From the human T2T-CHM13v2.0 reference genome, Homo sapiens, in the NCBI RefSeq assembly GCF_009914755.1, contig NC_060939.1: a stretch of 64,000 bases of DNA; one strand, 5' to 3'. The position numbers were made by a program, and so were the translations under genes. Position 1 is the stretch's first letter. Every line of letters starts with the position of its first letter. Under the pieces are notes generated by a model. It saw only the letters and a program-made list of their open reading frames with translations, was not told the DNA's origin and did no database searches. This document shows, in pieces, positions 15,206 to 27,358 of the stretch.

Positions 15206-16736
15206 ATCAAAAGCTCTGTAGGAAAACCACTTTTGCCATTCTAGCACTTGAAGCTTGCTTGTTCCCTGAAAGCAATGGTTCTCAAAACATGACACCCCCC
15301 TCCCCCAGCTTTTGGGGATCAGTGACTCTTAATTCTTCTTATGATTAGAGAGTTGGTAGGGACAAAGAAGAGTTGGAGGAAGGTAGGAAGTATAAGCTGG
15401 TCAGTGGATCCGTTTGAGATGTAGGACTGTTTTGGGAGGACACACCCACAGTGTAAGCCATCAGGAGCCATCCATTAACTTGTAATAATATAAGTGGATA
15501 AGATCAATTTTTGGTAGATTGGCAAGATGTGAAAATTATTTGGTATGTCTAATTTTAACATTAGCTGTTGACACATTTATAAATACAGAAACTAAAGTTA
15601 GTGCAGATGATTTCAAGAAATTTTAAAATATTGTGAAGAGCATTGTAATTCCACACAGTATTAAAGCCTGGAGAACACTTAAATAATCTCTGTAGCTGTG
15701 GGAAAAAGCGCAGCCGCATTTATATTTAGTTACCGGCTTTTTTGGAACATGATACCACGTTTATCTTTTTTCTCTTCTTTAGGCTCATTATGTGACATGA
15801 AAAATCATCTTTTTGACAGAGTGATGCTATTAATCCAAATATAATTGAAATAAAATTACTCCAGGCTTTGTCCTCCACACTACCTGATTCCCTTTCCTCT
15901 GCATTGCTCATTGGTGTGGTTGCAGGTGGACACGGGAGAGGGGCAGAGCCTCAAACCAGTCCTTGGGCTGCCAGTCTGTAGCTCTGAATAAAATGGACTG
16001 CATAAGAGGTGTCCTTGAAGAAAAATGCTAGAATTATCTTCATAATTAATTTTTATCTCAAGCTTTAGATTCTCTTTCTGTGCATGTTTGGGGAGGGGAG
16101 GGCTTATGCTCAAATATTTTCTCCAAAAAGGGTGTGTGATCAAAAACTTGATTGCTGGTTAGCATGATGAAGAGATACTTAGGTGAGAGGTTGGAAATGT
16201 TGATGCCAAAAACTCCTAGAATTTTCTGTAGATTTCCATTTTCCATGCGACCTACTCACCTCTAACTATAATAAATTACAGTTTTGTCTCCTATCATGTA
16301 CCATTCAGTTCAGCATGGTGACGTGTGAATCAGATTCAGGGAAAGAATAAGAAACAGACACCAGTGGCTTTATGTCGGGCCATCTCTCCCTCTCATGCCT
16401 CCCTCTCCCACTGTTTGGGCAGCCACTGAGCAAATAGCCAAAGTGGAACTGCCTGGTGAGGCAGAGAAGATACCTAGATGGTCTCTCAACTGAAGGATCT
16501 ATTTCTGCATAACTGGTTACCCTTTTAAAGTCCTGGATTTCAGAGCCATCTCTCGTTGGTGAGATCTGTGTATAAAGGACCCATTTAAGGGAGTGGGCAG
16601 AAGGCATAAGTGCCTTGAAGGGAAAAGACTGCATGGCACAGAATGTGACCATGTGCCGCCTGCCACACTGCCTTTGTGTTGCTAGGCTATGGCTACATCA
16701 CATTTGTTTCTCTCTCTCACTCTGAACGCTTCTGAG

Positions 16737-16751
16737 AAGTTTCAAAGGAAG
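16737..16751 (+). CDS. RYR3: Candidate alternative 15-nt microexon of RYR3 (KFQRK), paralogous in position to the RYR2 KFMMK microexon
   Basis: tttgtttctctctctcactctgaacgcttctgag|AAG TTT CAA AGG AAG|gtaagc. Phase 0-0, 307 nt upstream of exon 4. The GAG acceptor is atypical, so use is unproven. Confidence 0.45.
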
Positions 16752-17058
16752 GTAAGCAGTACCTATGTCACTTACATGCTTCTCTGGTAGAACAGCTCTG
16801 GGTTTCTGCTGATCCTGGGCAGAGGCCATTTCTGGGAATAGATTTGGTCCCACACACCCTCTCCCAAGGATGTTGCATGGCTGTGGTCACACGTCTCTTT
16901 CTGCCCGTAGACCAGCCACTTGCTTCTGGAATGAATTCCTTAGGAGCTTTGCAATGGGTCTTTTCCTGGTAGTCTGTCTCCCAGAATTATTGTGTTGCTT
17001 GGCTCCCGGAGAAGCCACAACGGGCATGTGCTGACCTTATTCTTCCTCATTCCCACAG

Positions 17059-17133
17059 GCAGCACAAGGAGGTGGCCACAGGACCCTGTTATACGGCCAT
17101 GCAGTTCTCCTGAGGCACTCTTTCAGCGGAATG
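17059..17133 (+). CDS. RYR3: RYR3 coding exon (exon 4 by recalled numbering), 75 nt, phase 0-0: [25 protein letters not shown]
   Basis: Acceptor ttcttcctcattcccacag, donor ATG/gtaagc. The translation matches the RyR N-terminal domain A motif [12 protein letters not shown]. Confidence 0.97.
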
Positions 17134-17329
17134 GTAAGCAGCTCTGGTGCCCACTTTCATCATTCAAGGAGAAGGAAAAACTGAAGAGGGGGAAATACAG
17201 GAAGCCAGCAATAACAACGTAACAGCAGGAACAACTGGAACATAACTAATTTTAGCACGTTATCCTCTTGGCATTTCCTACATATGACCTACCTCAATTT
17301 GCAATAATTGCAATTGTGTTTTTTGTTTC

Positions 17330-17465
17330 ATCAATGTCTGATACCCCACCTCCAACTCCCTGAGGAAGAGGGCCATGTTTCTTTCTTATTTTGCTAGACC
17401 TATAACCCCACCAAATGCAGTGCTTTGATATACTAGATGCTCAATAAATATTTGTTGAATTGACA
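17330..17465 (+). mobile_element. L2 3' end
   Basis: tagatgctcaataaatatttgttgaattga, the canonical L2 terminus. Confidence 0.7.
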
Positions 17466-19299
17466 CATGATCAAATGGCTTATGGAGTAACAGAGCGCTT
17501 TAGTATACAAGGATAACCAGCATAGAAGAAAAACCAATCAAATGGAAATTTTGTGACAGTTCTCCTCCTTTACCTAGCTAAGAGAAATAGAATGGTACTC
17601 ACTGTTTTCAGTCCTGGAAGAACTTGCAGGTGGGATGCTAATCCAGAGCCAGGAGGAAGACAAGAGGCAAGGTAGTCACAGAAAGCTGCATGGCTATTAC
17701 TAATCAGGGATCTAGAACCAGAATCGACAGAAGGATGATGCCTCAATGTAACTTGAAAAAATTGCTACATTTTAAATATAATTTATTTATAATTTATAAA
17801 AAAATATAATTTTACAATATTTTAAAAGGCAGATATTGTAGTTTTGCAGGGAGTATTAAGGAGAATATTATTACTCAATCAACTATATGCCACTCCAATA
17901 GTGTATCATCCTCACTTTCTTTCGGTGTAAGAAAGGCTTGTCATTTTCCTCTAGCCCTAGTGGAAAACTGATACGTTAATTCAAGACTATTTCCACACAT
18001 TTATACCAGCAGCATGATGCAAAGTTCATCTCAAGGCTTGAACTATCAAACTGACAACAGGAGCAACAGCTGCCTGTTAAATAATTCATTTGCTGCAGCA
18101 TATATATATATATATTTTTTTTTCTGAGCACTGGTAAGAAGCTGACCTTTTCAGCCTGAACATTCGTCTGCTGTAGTCCTTCATGGCAAAAGACGAAAAA
18201 CAAAAATGTCCAAACGGAAGTGTATCCAAGTAGGAGATGGAGATGTTTTTGAGAGTAGGGAAACTTTGAACCCTGATAATATCTGGAATTGAGAAGGTGA
18301 TACTATCTTTCAGAATCTGGTGTTTATCTATAGGGTAAATAAAACTCCAACACTTGTCTTTACCTAAATGTAATAAACAGAACTTCAAAAGCATACTTCT
18401 TATGGCTTCAAAAACAAGCTAATATCATGGTAGTGACACAAAGACTTGCATTATTTACATTAAGTTTACCCCTCCTAAAAAAAAGTTCTACTCACAGTGA
18501 ACATATACTCTCTACTGGCTAGCTCCTTTTAAGTACAGCTCTGGGAATAAAGCCTATAAGATATGGCTTTCTACATTGCAATGATTTTCCATCTTCCTCT
18601 TGCAGAGAAGTAGAACTGTGGCTTAGAAAGCACATCCCAAGAGCTTACCTGCCTCTCAGTCTAATCCTAAGATGAGCAGCTATGCCCATCAGTGAAGGAG
18701 GCCATGGGATGCTTTATTAAGTTAGTTTAACAGTCATTTCTAAGTTTTACCTGCCCATGTATCTTTATAATAAGAAAAAGAACCATTATTTTGAGAAGTT
18801 TTAAAGCTCATAGAAAATTTGAAAAACCAAAAACAGAAGGTCATGGGACCTTCTGTCCCATGGTCATGGGAAGGTCATCCATGTCCCTCCACACTATCCA
18901 AAATCAACTTCTGTTTCATTTTTGTGTAATTCCTTTTAGTCTGGTTGCTACACATTTAAATTTTTGAGTACAGGTTAACTTATAATTGTACTATTTTATA
19001 TATTACTTTTTAGCTTCATGTATTGTAAATAATGTTCCAGGCTCTTACACATTCTTGATAAATACTCAATAACATAATATTATATAAAATAGCAGTATCA
19101 AAGGTTATCTAGCTTTATTATTATTGTTGGTCATTTATGTTCCATTTGTATTGTTCCTAATTTAAAAGTTTCTCAACATCTTTAAGGCATCTTTAATATT
19201 TCTAACTCATTTCTATAACATATAGTTCTATACATTTAACTACTGAGTCATCAGATAAGAGCATCTTTGAGGTTTTAAGTGTATTGTAAAAGTATTTTC

Positions 19300-19609
<310 letters not shown>

Positions 19610-19777
19610 GAAAGTATTGTATTAAGGCATTTACCAATTAACTTTCCAATGAACAAGATAAATAGAGCTGTCTTCACAGTAGCTCATTGTTGAACTTAAC
19701 TAGAAGCTAACTAGTGGTAAGATACCAAGACTCAATGGAAGAGTGTGACTTCACTAGTATTTGCTCTTCTTTCACAG

Positions 19778-19856
19778 TATCTAACATGCTTGACTACATC
19801 AAGATCCCAGACAGACAAACTTGCCTTTGATGTAGGTCTACGGGAACATGCCACAG
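19778..19856 (+). CDS. RYR3: RYR3 exon 5, 79 nt, phase 0-1: [26 protein letters not shown](G)
   Basis: Acceptor ttgctcttctttcacag, donor CAG/gtgagt. Carries the Ry[11 protein letters not shown] motif, in frame with the previous exon. Confidence 0.97.
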
Positions 19857-20585
19857 GTGAGTCAGCATTCCCAGATCTCTTGAGCTCAGTGGGGGTCTTG
19901 GGCTAAGGGGCTTTTGAGAAGGACCCTGAATGCGTTACTCATTTGGGATTCCAAACCAACCTGGTTAAGAAATAGGTCTGAAAAAAAATTGCAGAATAAT
20001 GAACTAGAGAAAGAATGTGTAATGGAAACACGGAAACTAAGAATGAAGGAGAACATAATGTTTTTACCACAGTCAGCCAGAATCTCAAAGAAAAACAAAT
20101 CTTTAACGTTGTTAGGTATTGAAAGTAAGTGAACAAATCATTTGTGATAAGAACCAATGATACTAAATGACTGCCAAAAAATAAAGGTGTCGTAATAAAG
20201 GCTTAAATAATGAAATATAGTGTCTAGATCAAAGGAGTAGTCCTATTTTGTTCTGCAATGAACAAGCTATGTCTAAAGTAGTGTTTTCCAAATGTTATTG
20301 ACATCTATAATCGTGATTTTGCCATTCCACTGTATCCTTTATAATATCATTTACTTTATGATTTTATTTAAATTTAATTACTTTTGTACTTAAAATTTTA
20401 CAGACAAAACTTATTGCCATAAGTATAAACTGTTTTTGCTTGCCATAAAAGTAAAATAATGAAAACCATGTCATTAAGTAATTGAAGAGATGTTGACAAA
20501 TATTATAACATGTTAATGATACACTAGTTCCAAATGTAAAACTTTATTTGAAAGCATCAGAAGGTTTAAAAGGGTAGTAAAAATG

Positions 20586-20903
<318 letters not shown>

Positions 20904-21169
20904 TCACTGTATTTGTCAGTGTCATTTAATTGCCTCCCACCAATGATATACATCATATACTTTGGGAACCAATGGATTATTATTATTTTTTTTTTAGTAT
21001 AGTCAAAAATATTGACAGTTAAAAGGTGGGTGCTGAAAATGCTGACCAGGATGACACAGGTTCTCACTGGAAACCAAAAATAAAGAACCGAGGACTAAGA
21101 TAATAATCTACAGATATTCAAAGTTGTAATATCAAACAAGATGCTGACTTGCTGGGGTTCTTCCAAAGA

Positions 21170-21380
21170 CCAACAGAGCAGTGGGTAGGAGTTGAAAGGA
21201 GGCACATTTCACATCAATTTTGAAAACTACTTCGGAACATCAGCAATTAATGAGCAGGAGAACAGCCGGCCTTGGGATATCGGGTGCTCCCTGTGGCTAA
21301 AAATATTCATGAACAATCTGACCATCCGTCAAGGGCATTACATGTGGAATTTCTGCTCCATTTAGAGGTTGGGCTAGGTA
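21170..21380 (+). mobile_element. CR1/L3 LINE 3' fragment
   Basis: gtgctccctgtggctaaaaatattcatg ... ggaatttctgc ... gaggttgggctag resembles the L3 3' end. Confidence 0.55.
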
Positions 21381-21640
21381 CCAAACAGGATTCTTTGTTG
21401 CAAACAAGAGAACTTGATTCAGGTTAACTCAGTAAGAATAAGAATTTACTAGAAGGATGTTTGTTAGAGCCTTCACTAAATCTGGAGCCTCAGGCTTGAA
21501 AATTGGGTAGGAACAGAGACCAAGGAAGAGAAAACAGGTTAGGGCACACTGCAGGAAAAGTCTAATTTGAATACAGTCTGTAATATGACATTCTCCCTTA
21601 AATAGGAAGAGGGTTCCAATGTTGGGTAGCCAAAGAAAGA
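21381..21640. mobile_element. MaLR (MLT1-type) LTR fragment
   Basis: caggattctttgttgcaaacaagagaact...aagaatttactagaagg is a typical MLT1 terminus. Confidence 0.5.
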
Positions 21641-23829
21641 CAAGAGCCTATGTTGTTATTCTAAAGCTAGGTCAGTTCATAATGGAAGGATCCAGGTTGC
21701 CTAATTTTATAGATCTAGAAAAAAAAATCCAGCATCCAAACCGTGTGTACTTGCTGTTTCCATGTCTTGCACAATGGTGTCCTGAGAGTGCCTGAGGGAA
21801 CCTCTTGCTCTTTTCTTCCTCTTCCTGTTTTTGTACCAAGCAAAAAAGTGGCCCCGCCTTTGCCCATTATGGCTTTTTTCCTAAAATAATATTAGATTTG
21901 AATTTGATTTAAAGTTTCTTTGTTTTCAGCCAAAGTGTTAGTCTTAAAATATAATTTCCTCTAAGGTGTTGTCGACCTTGCTGGAAATTACAAAGTGAGT
22001 GAAGTGCCACACTCTGAATATACACTTCTTTCTAAATATAGACCAACTGTCAATCCTGAAGAATATGATCAGAAAAGTCAAATATGGTCACTGTATTTAT
22101 ATCAGTAAAATAACTTGATACTTTTTGAGATTGGAAAGAAATTGAGAAACACCGCTTTTTAGTCAAGTGTTCAGAGAATTATTTTAATTGTTAGAGCCTT
22201 AAATAAAAATAAAGGGAAACAACAGCGGCAACATTACTCTTTTCATCAGTTTTTAAACTGATGAAATTCACACATCAGACTAGGTGTGAATTCTGTTGAC
22301 AGACAAGGCAAACACATAGAACTAACCCATATTCAAGCTGGCTGTTGAGAAGCTACCTGTGGCGGAAGACAGGGAGAGAAGGCTTGACTAGGTCTTCATG
22401 AAAACCTAGAGCCTAAACTAACTTACGTTTGTTTTGCATCTCTCACCCAAACTCATGTGATATTCTCCTTGAAGAAAGCTAGCTGGCGTTTGTGAGGGAC
22501 AAGGAGGATGCACCTCCAACTCAGATGAGGTTCAGCATTACCTGGAGATTCTCCTCACTGCAGGAGGAGGTTCACACGGAATCCAACAGAAGGGTCCCCT
22601 GTTCCTGTCTGGCTAGTTCTCTGAATGCACTTCTGGCTCAGAAACCCCTTCAGAGTTGTAAACAAGTAAACTGCCCAGTAGTGGAGTTGAAACTATAGGA
22701 GAATATGAGGAGAAAGTTTGGGGGCAGTTTCTTGAACAATTCTAGCATTTTTCCCCAACACATTGAATTGTACATTCTCACACTTAACACAGAATTGATG
22801 ATCATTTTATCCTTGATTTTGGGTAAAATTACTTATTCTGGTCTCCTTTTAAAGTTGTTTAATTGTTTTGTTTTTAGGATTTAGATATAGCTTTAGAATT
22901 TAGACTTAGGAGGAAAGAAATGTTTAAAGCATACCCACACTAAAAGTGTTATTTTGTATTTTACGGCTTTGGACTGGCCCATCCCACTGCTTCAGGGACA
23001 GCTCCATCCCTGGCTCCAGAGTGTGGGAGAGGGCAGGGAAGCAAAATACTCTTTCTGTGTGTTCCTCTTCAGGACCCCCTTCATCGTGGACACCCTTCGG
23101 TGGTCCTCAGAGAACATTAAGATGCATACAACATTTTCCCCTTCAAATGTAGAGCTCAACCTCTTTGTCATGTCATGTTTAGTTTAATTGAAGTAGTACT
23201 CACACATAGATTAAAGAGAGAAATAGTGCTCCTGAGCTTATTATAAACACCAGTCTCCTGCCCTCCCTCCTTTGGATGCTTGCCTCTCTGGGGCATCTAC
23301 TTTCAGCTCTTTTAGTATTGTTTACCACTTGTTTATAATATACATATTAAAACAATGCTTTTTAAAATTCTTTCTAGATTATGCATTAACTGTGGATGTC
23401 CTGATAAAAATTTTGCTTTTATTTCACTCTTCCCTGTCTTTTCTTCCACTCTTCCCATCCTTCCAATAGATTTTCATCTATTTTATTTAACTATCAAATC
23501 AATATTAACTACTTTTACTGCTATAACTGTAACTTTTATTTGCAAATGAGCCACATAATATATTCTGACCAGGTAATTTATTGTATTACTTTAGAGTTTT
23601 CCAATAGTTAATAACTGCCTTATTTGTTTGCTTAGTTTTTTTGTGACCCAATCATGTATTCATTTTCAAACTTTCCTATAGAAGTGAAAATCTGGTTAGA
23701 TTCGCTTGCATGATCTGTTCTCTCAGTTTCATCTTCTTAGAAACATCAGCCATCATCTAGGGAATTTCTGTTGCCTTGCCCTAGATTCCATGTTTATTAG
23801 ATCTGACAGGGTTGGTTTTTGTTTTCTGG

Positions 23830-25380
23830 TTTTTTAGTTTGTTTGTTTGTTTTTTGCCTTCTTGGTTTACCACCTCACTGTGGTGGAACACATTATCTAG
23901 TAACTTTTACAGAAAAGATGCATGTGGATTAAATTTTTGTCTGAAAATTTCCTAATTACAGCTTCACAAGTCATACACACTTTACTGTAATTCTATATTG
24001 GAAATATTTTTTTCCTCAGCTTCCTGAAGGCTTTCTACTAGCCAGTGGTCTGACTGTTGAGAAGTCTACATTCTGATTTCTTATCCTTTGTGTGTGACTT
24101 GCTTTTATTTTCTGAAAGCAGCTAAGAGCGTCTCTTGTGCCTTGGTGTCTGAAATTCCACAGCGATGTGTCTTGGCGTGGCCTCTTTCTGTTCTGACATC
24201 TCACTGGAATGCACCTTAGAGTGGGTTTCTAATCTCTACTGTGTTAGGGACTCTGTAGGTTCTTTCAATCTGGAAATGCTCATTTTTCAGCTTTGAAAAA
24301 ACTTTAATAGTATTTCTTTGTTAATTTCCTCTCTCTTTTTCAGTTCTTGCTCTCTGGAATTCCTCTAGGTTGGTTTTTTGATAATTCTGTTTTTTGTCTT
24401 CCTTCCTTCTGGAAGAATTTTTCAGCTTTATCCCACCACCTTTTTCTTTTCTTTTCTTTTCTTTTTTTTTCCAGGATCAGTGAGTATTTTTCTTTTCCTT
24501 GGAAGGGATCCTTCATAGATACTAATATAGCTGTTTCATGAATGTCCTCTGAGATTATTAATTATAAGATTTTTTAAGTTTTCATTTGTTCTCTATAATC
24601 TTTGCTTTCTCCAAGTCTCTTCTCTTTTCACTTTGTTTCTGTGGTTCCTGTTAGAGACCTTCCTCGGTTGTCAGGTGGTCCTTGGTCTTCATTCATGTTC
24701 TCATCAAGGCAGTAAAAGCTGACTAGAAGCTGGCTGAGGCTTGTTGTCTGTTAAGCCTCACTTTTAGGTCATCTGGCAGAGACCTGAGCATTTCACTGGT
24801 GACCTAAAGCCACAGTATGTTTTATCTTAGCTAGTTTGGCTTCCCTAAAGAGTGATCCTCAAATTTGGGTGGAGGGAGGGAGGGAAAGGAGCTGGGGTTT
24901 TACTAATCAGGGTATAAAGTTTGAATTCTGTTTTCAGCAAGACTCTACTTCTTTGTTTGACAATGTCTGGTATTTCCAAAACCAGACCACCCTTGGTAGT
25001 TGGCTTTTCCATGGATTAAACTTCTAATCTTCTATAGCGTGGAGGAGGAGAGGTCTTCTGGCTGTTCAGGGCAGGGAAAGGAATCAGGGATTTGAATGTC
25101 CTTTTCAACCTTTCCACCAGTCCCGTTTTCAACCCATTTTCTGCCTTCGCAGGTAGCTGGTGCTTCCAAGTCCAGGGACTTTCTTGAGATTCTGCAGCAG
25201 GAATTGGCTTTTTATTGATGGTTTCTTCATCTCCATTTTCTTACTGAAAGACCTGGGTTTTCACTTTTTATTGGCTAAAAGCTTCCACCTGCTTTCCTTT
25301 TTCCAAAATGTCAATTTATCTTCTTTGCTATCAATTTCTCACTTATTGTCTGAGTCCTTGCAGATGTAAGCCTTTAAAAA
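23830..25380 (-). mobile_element. Old L1M fragment (ORF1/5' region), antisense
   Basis: Minus-strand ORF 24016-24204 resembles decayed L1 ORF1p (…RIRNQNVDFSTVRPLASRK, cf. IRLTSDFSTATLEARR). Boundaries approximate. Confidence 0.6.
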
Positions 25381-25726
25381 AACTTCCCTTAGGACAGGGG
25401 GAGACAAAGATGAAAGTGTGTAAGTGTGCAGTAGACCAATGACATAGATTCTTATTTATTTATTTATTCTTGGTGGTCTTGATTGGAGTCAATTCTCAAA
25501 ACAGAAATTTGAAAGACTATAAAAAGCATTTTTCCTATTTGCATTAAAAATACTCAGAGGCTGCTATAGTTTCCGGCCTCCAATACTCCTTTCCATACAC
25601 TGTTTTTCTGTCTCTAGGGAAAATGAAAATGACAGACATAGTCAAGAGCAGATGGGGGGCTGTCTGGAACGGTTAGAGACCAACAGAAGTTGAGGTCTGG
25701 AATGTGCACTTGTTGTGTGCACGTGA

Positions 25727-25942
<216 letters not shown>

Positions 25943-26048
25943 TAATATAAGAGTCTTCTGTTTTCAGAAATTTTTCCTTTAGGAATAGATGGCCATGAAG
26001 AACTGAGCCACAGCAGGTTGGATAGAATAAGATGCTTTTACATATATA

Positions 26049-26488
26049 GAGTTGACCCTTAAACAATGTAGGGGTTAGGGATGCTGACCCCCTGGCACAA
26101 TAAAAAATTAAAGTGTAACTTTCGACTCCTAAAAACTTAACTTTTGATAAGAAGTAGCCTACTTTTGATGGGAAACCTTACTGATAATGTGAATAGCCTG
26201 TTAAAGCATATTTTATATGATATATGTATTATATATTGCATTCTTACAATAAAGGAAGACAGAAAAAATGTTAAGGAAATCATAAGGAAGAGAAAGTATA
26301 TATACTGTCTATTAAGTAGAAGTAGATCATCCTAAAGATCTTCATCCTTGTCATCTTCACGTTGAACAGGAGGAAGAGAAGGAGAAGGAGGGGTTGATCT
26401 TGCTGTCTCAGGGGGAGTAGAGGTGGAAGAAAATCCATGTATATGCAGACCTGTGCAGTTCAAACCCGTGTTGTTCAATAGTCAACTG
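26049..26488 (-). mobile_element. Tigger2a-like (TcMar) DNA transposon
   Basis: Terminal inverted repeats gagttgacccttaaacaa / ttgttcaatagtcaactg; 440 bp; TA on the left flank. Confidence 0.85.
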
Positions 26489-27258
26489 CACTCGAGGGAT
26501 GATTAAATACTGTCTGCTGCCACGTGATCATGGTGTCCGGAACTAACCTGTTATTCTTTTAGATGATGGTGCTGCATCCAGCAAACTGTTAAAATGCCCC
26601 AAGCGCTATATGCACATTAACTCCCATTATTCTGAATTTATTACGTTGTTTAGCTCTTGTTTAGGGAAGAACAAGAAAGGATCGAATATAGGAAAATAAG
26701 TTTATGTTGGAGAAAGAAAGAAAATGTACAATGTTTCAGGACATGGGGTATCACAGAGAGTGGAAGTTGCCAGTGAGATTTTGCAGCTGGGGTTGGGTAA
26801 TAAAAAGCACCATTTGTGTCAGGCACTTGTCTGGGGGTGGGGATGCCTGAAGATGAGAGAAACGTCAGAGAAGCTTCTCACGGAGTCAACTGAAGTAAAA
26901 TCTGTGGGCAGATTTTACTTTGCCTAGGCCAAGTGTTGGGTAATTTTTCCCATTTGTGAGTTATCTTATCCTACAAAGAATGGACATTTTATGAGTTGGT
27001 GTTGAATCAGCTCCAGCTGAGGGGATGAAGTCAACACATGTCTGCCATCTCTGTAGCTGAATAATTCCTCACCCCAGAATAAAGTGTCCCACTTTGAAGC
27101 TGCTTCTAGATCAGGTGGAGAAATCTCCCACAGGCTGTATAGAAAGAACCAGATGACAGTAAGGCTGTTTAATTTAATCCTTGAAGTTCTAGGTGAGCTG
27201 TTTCTGTCGGCACTGGACTGGTGATTTAAAAGATGTCTCATTTCTGTTTCTGCTGCAG

Positions 27259-27358
27259 CATCTCTCAGTATCAAATGGTAACATACAAGTGGATGCCTCC
27301 TTTATGCAAACACTCTGGAATGTACATCCTACGTGCTCAGGAAGTAGCATCGAAGAAG
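27259..27358 (+). CDS. RYR3: RYR3 exon 7, 100 nt, phase 0-1: [33 protein letters not shown](G)
   Basis: Acceptor tttctgtttctgctgcag, donor AAG/gtgtgc. Frame is continuous; [10 protein letters not shown] motif present. Confidence 0.96.

Noticed and set aside
15516-15548. ag...CAAGATGTGAAAATTATTTG|gtatgt as an alternative counterpart of RYR2 QVDVEKW
   Set aside because: The frame does not fit phase 0 without a stop, the pyrimidine tract is poor, and it appears to lie in an old DNA-transposon remnant.
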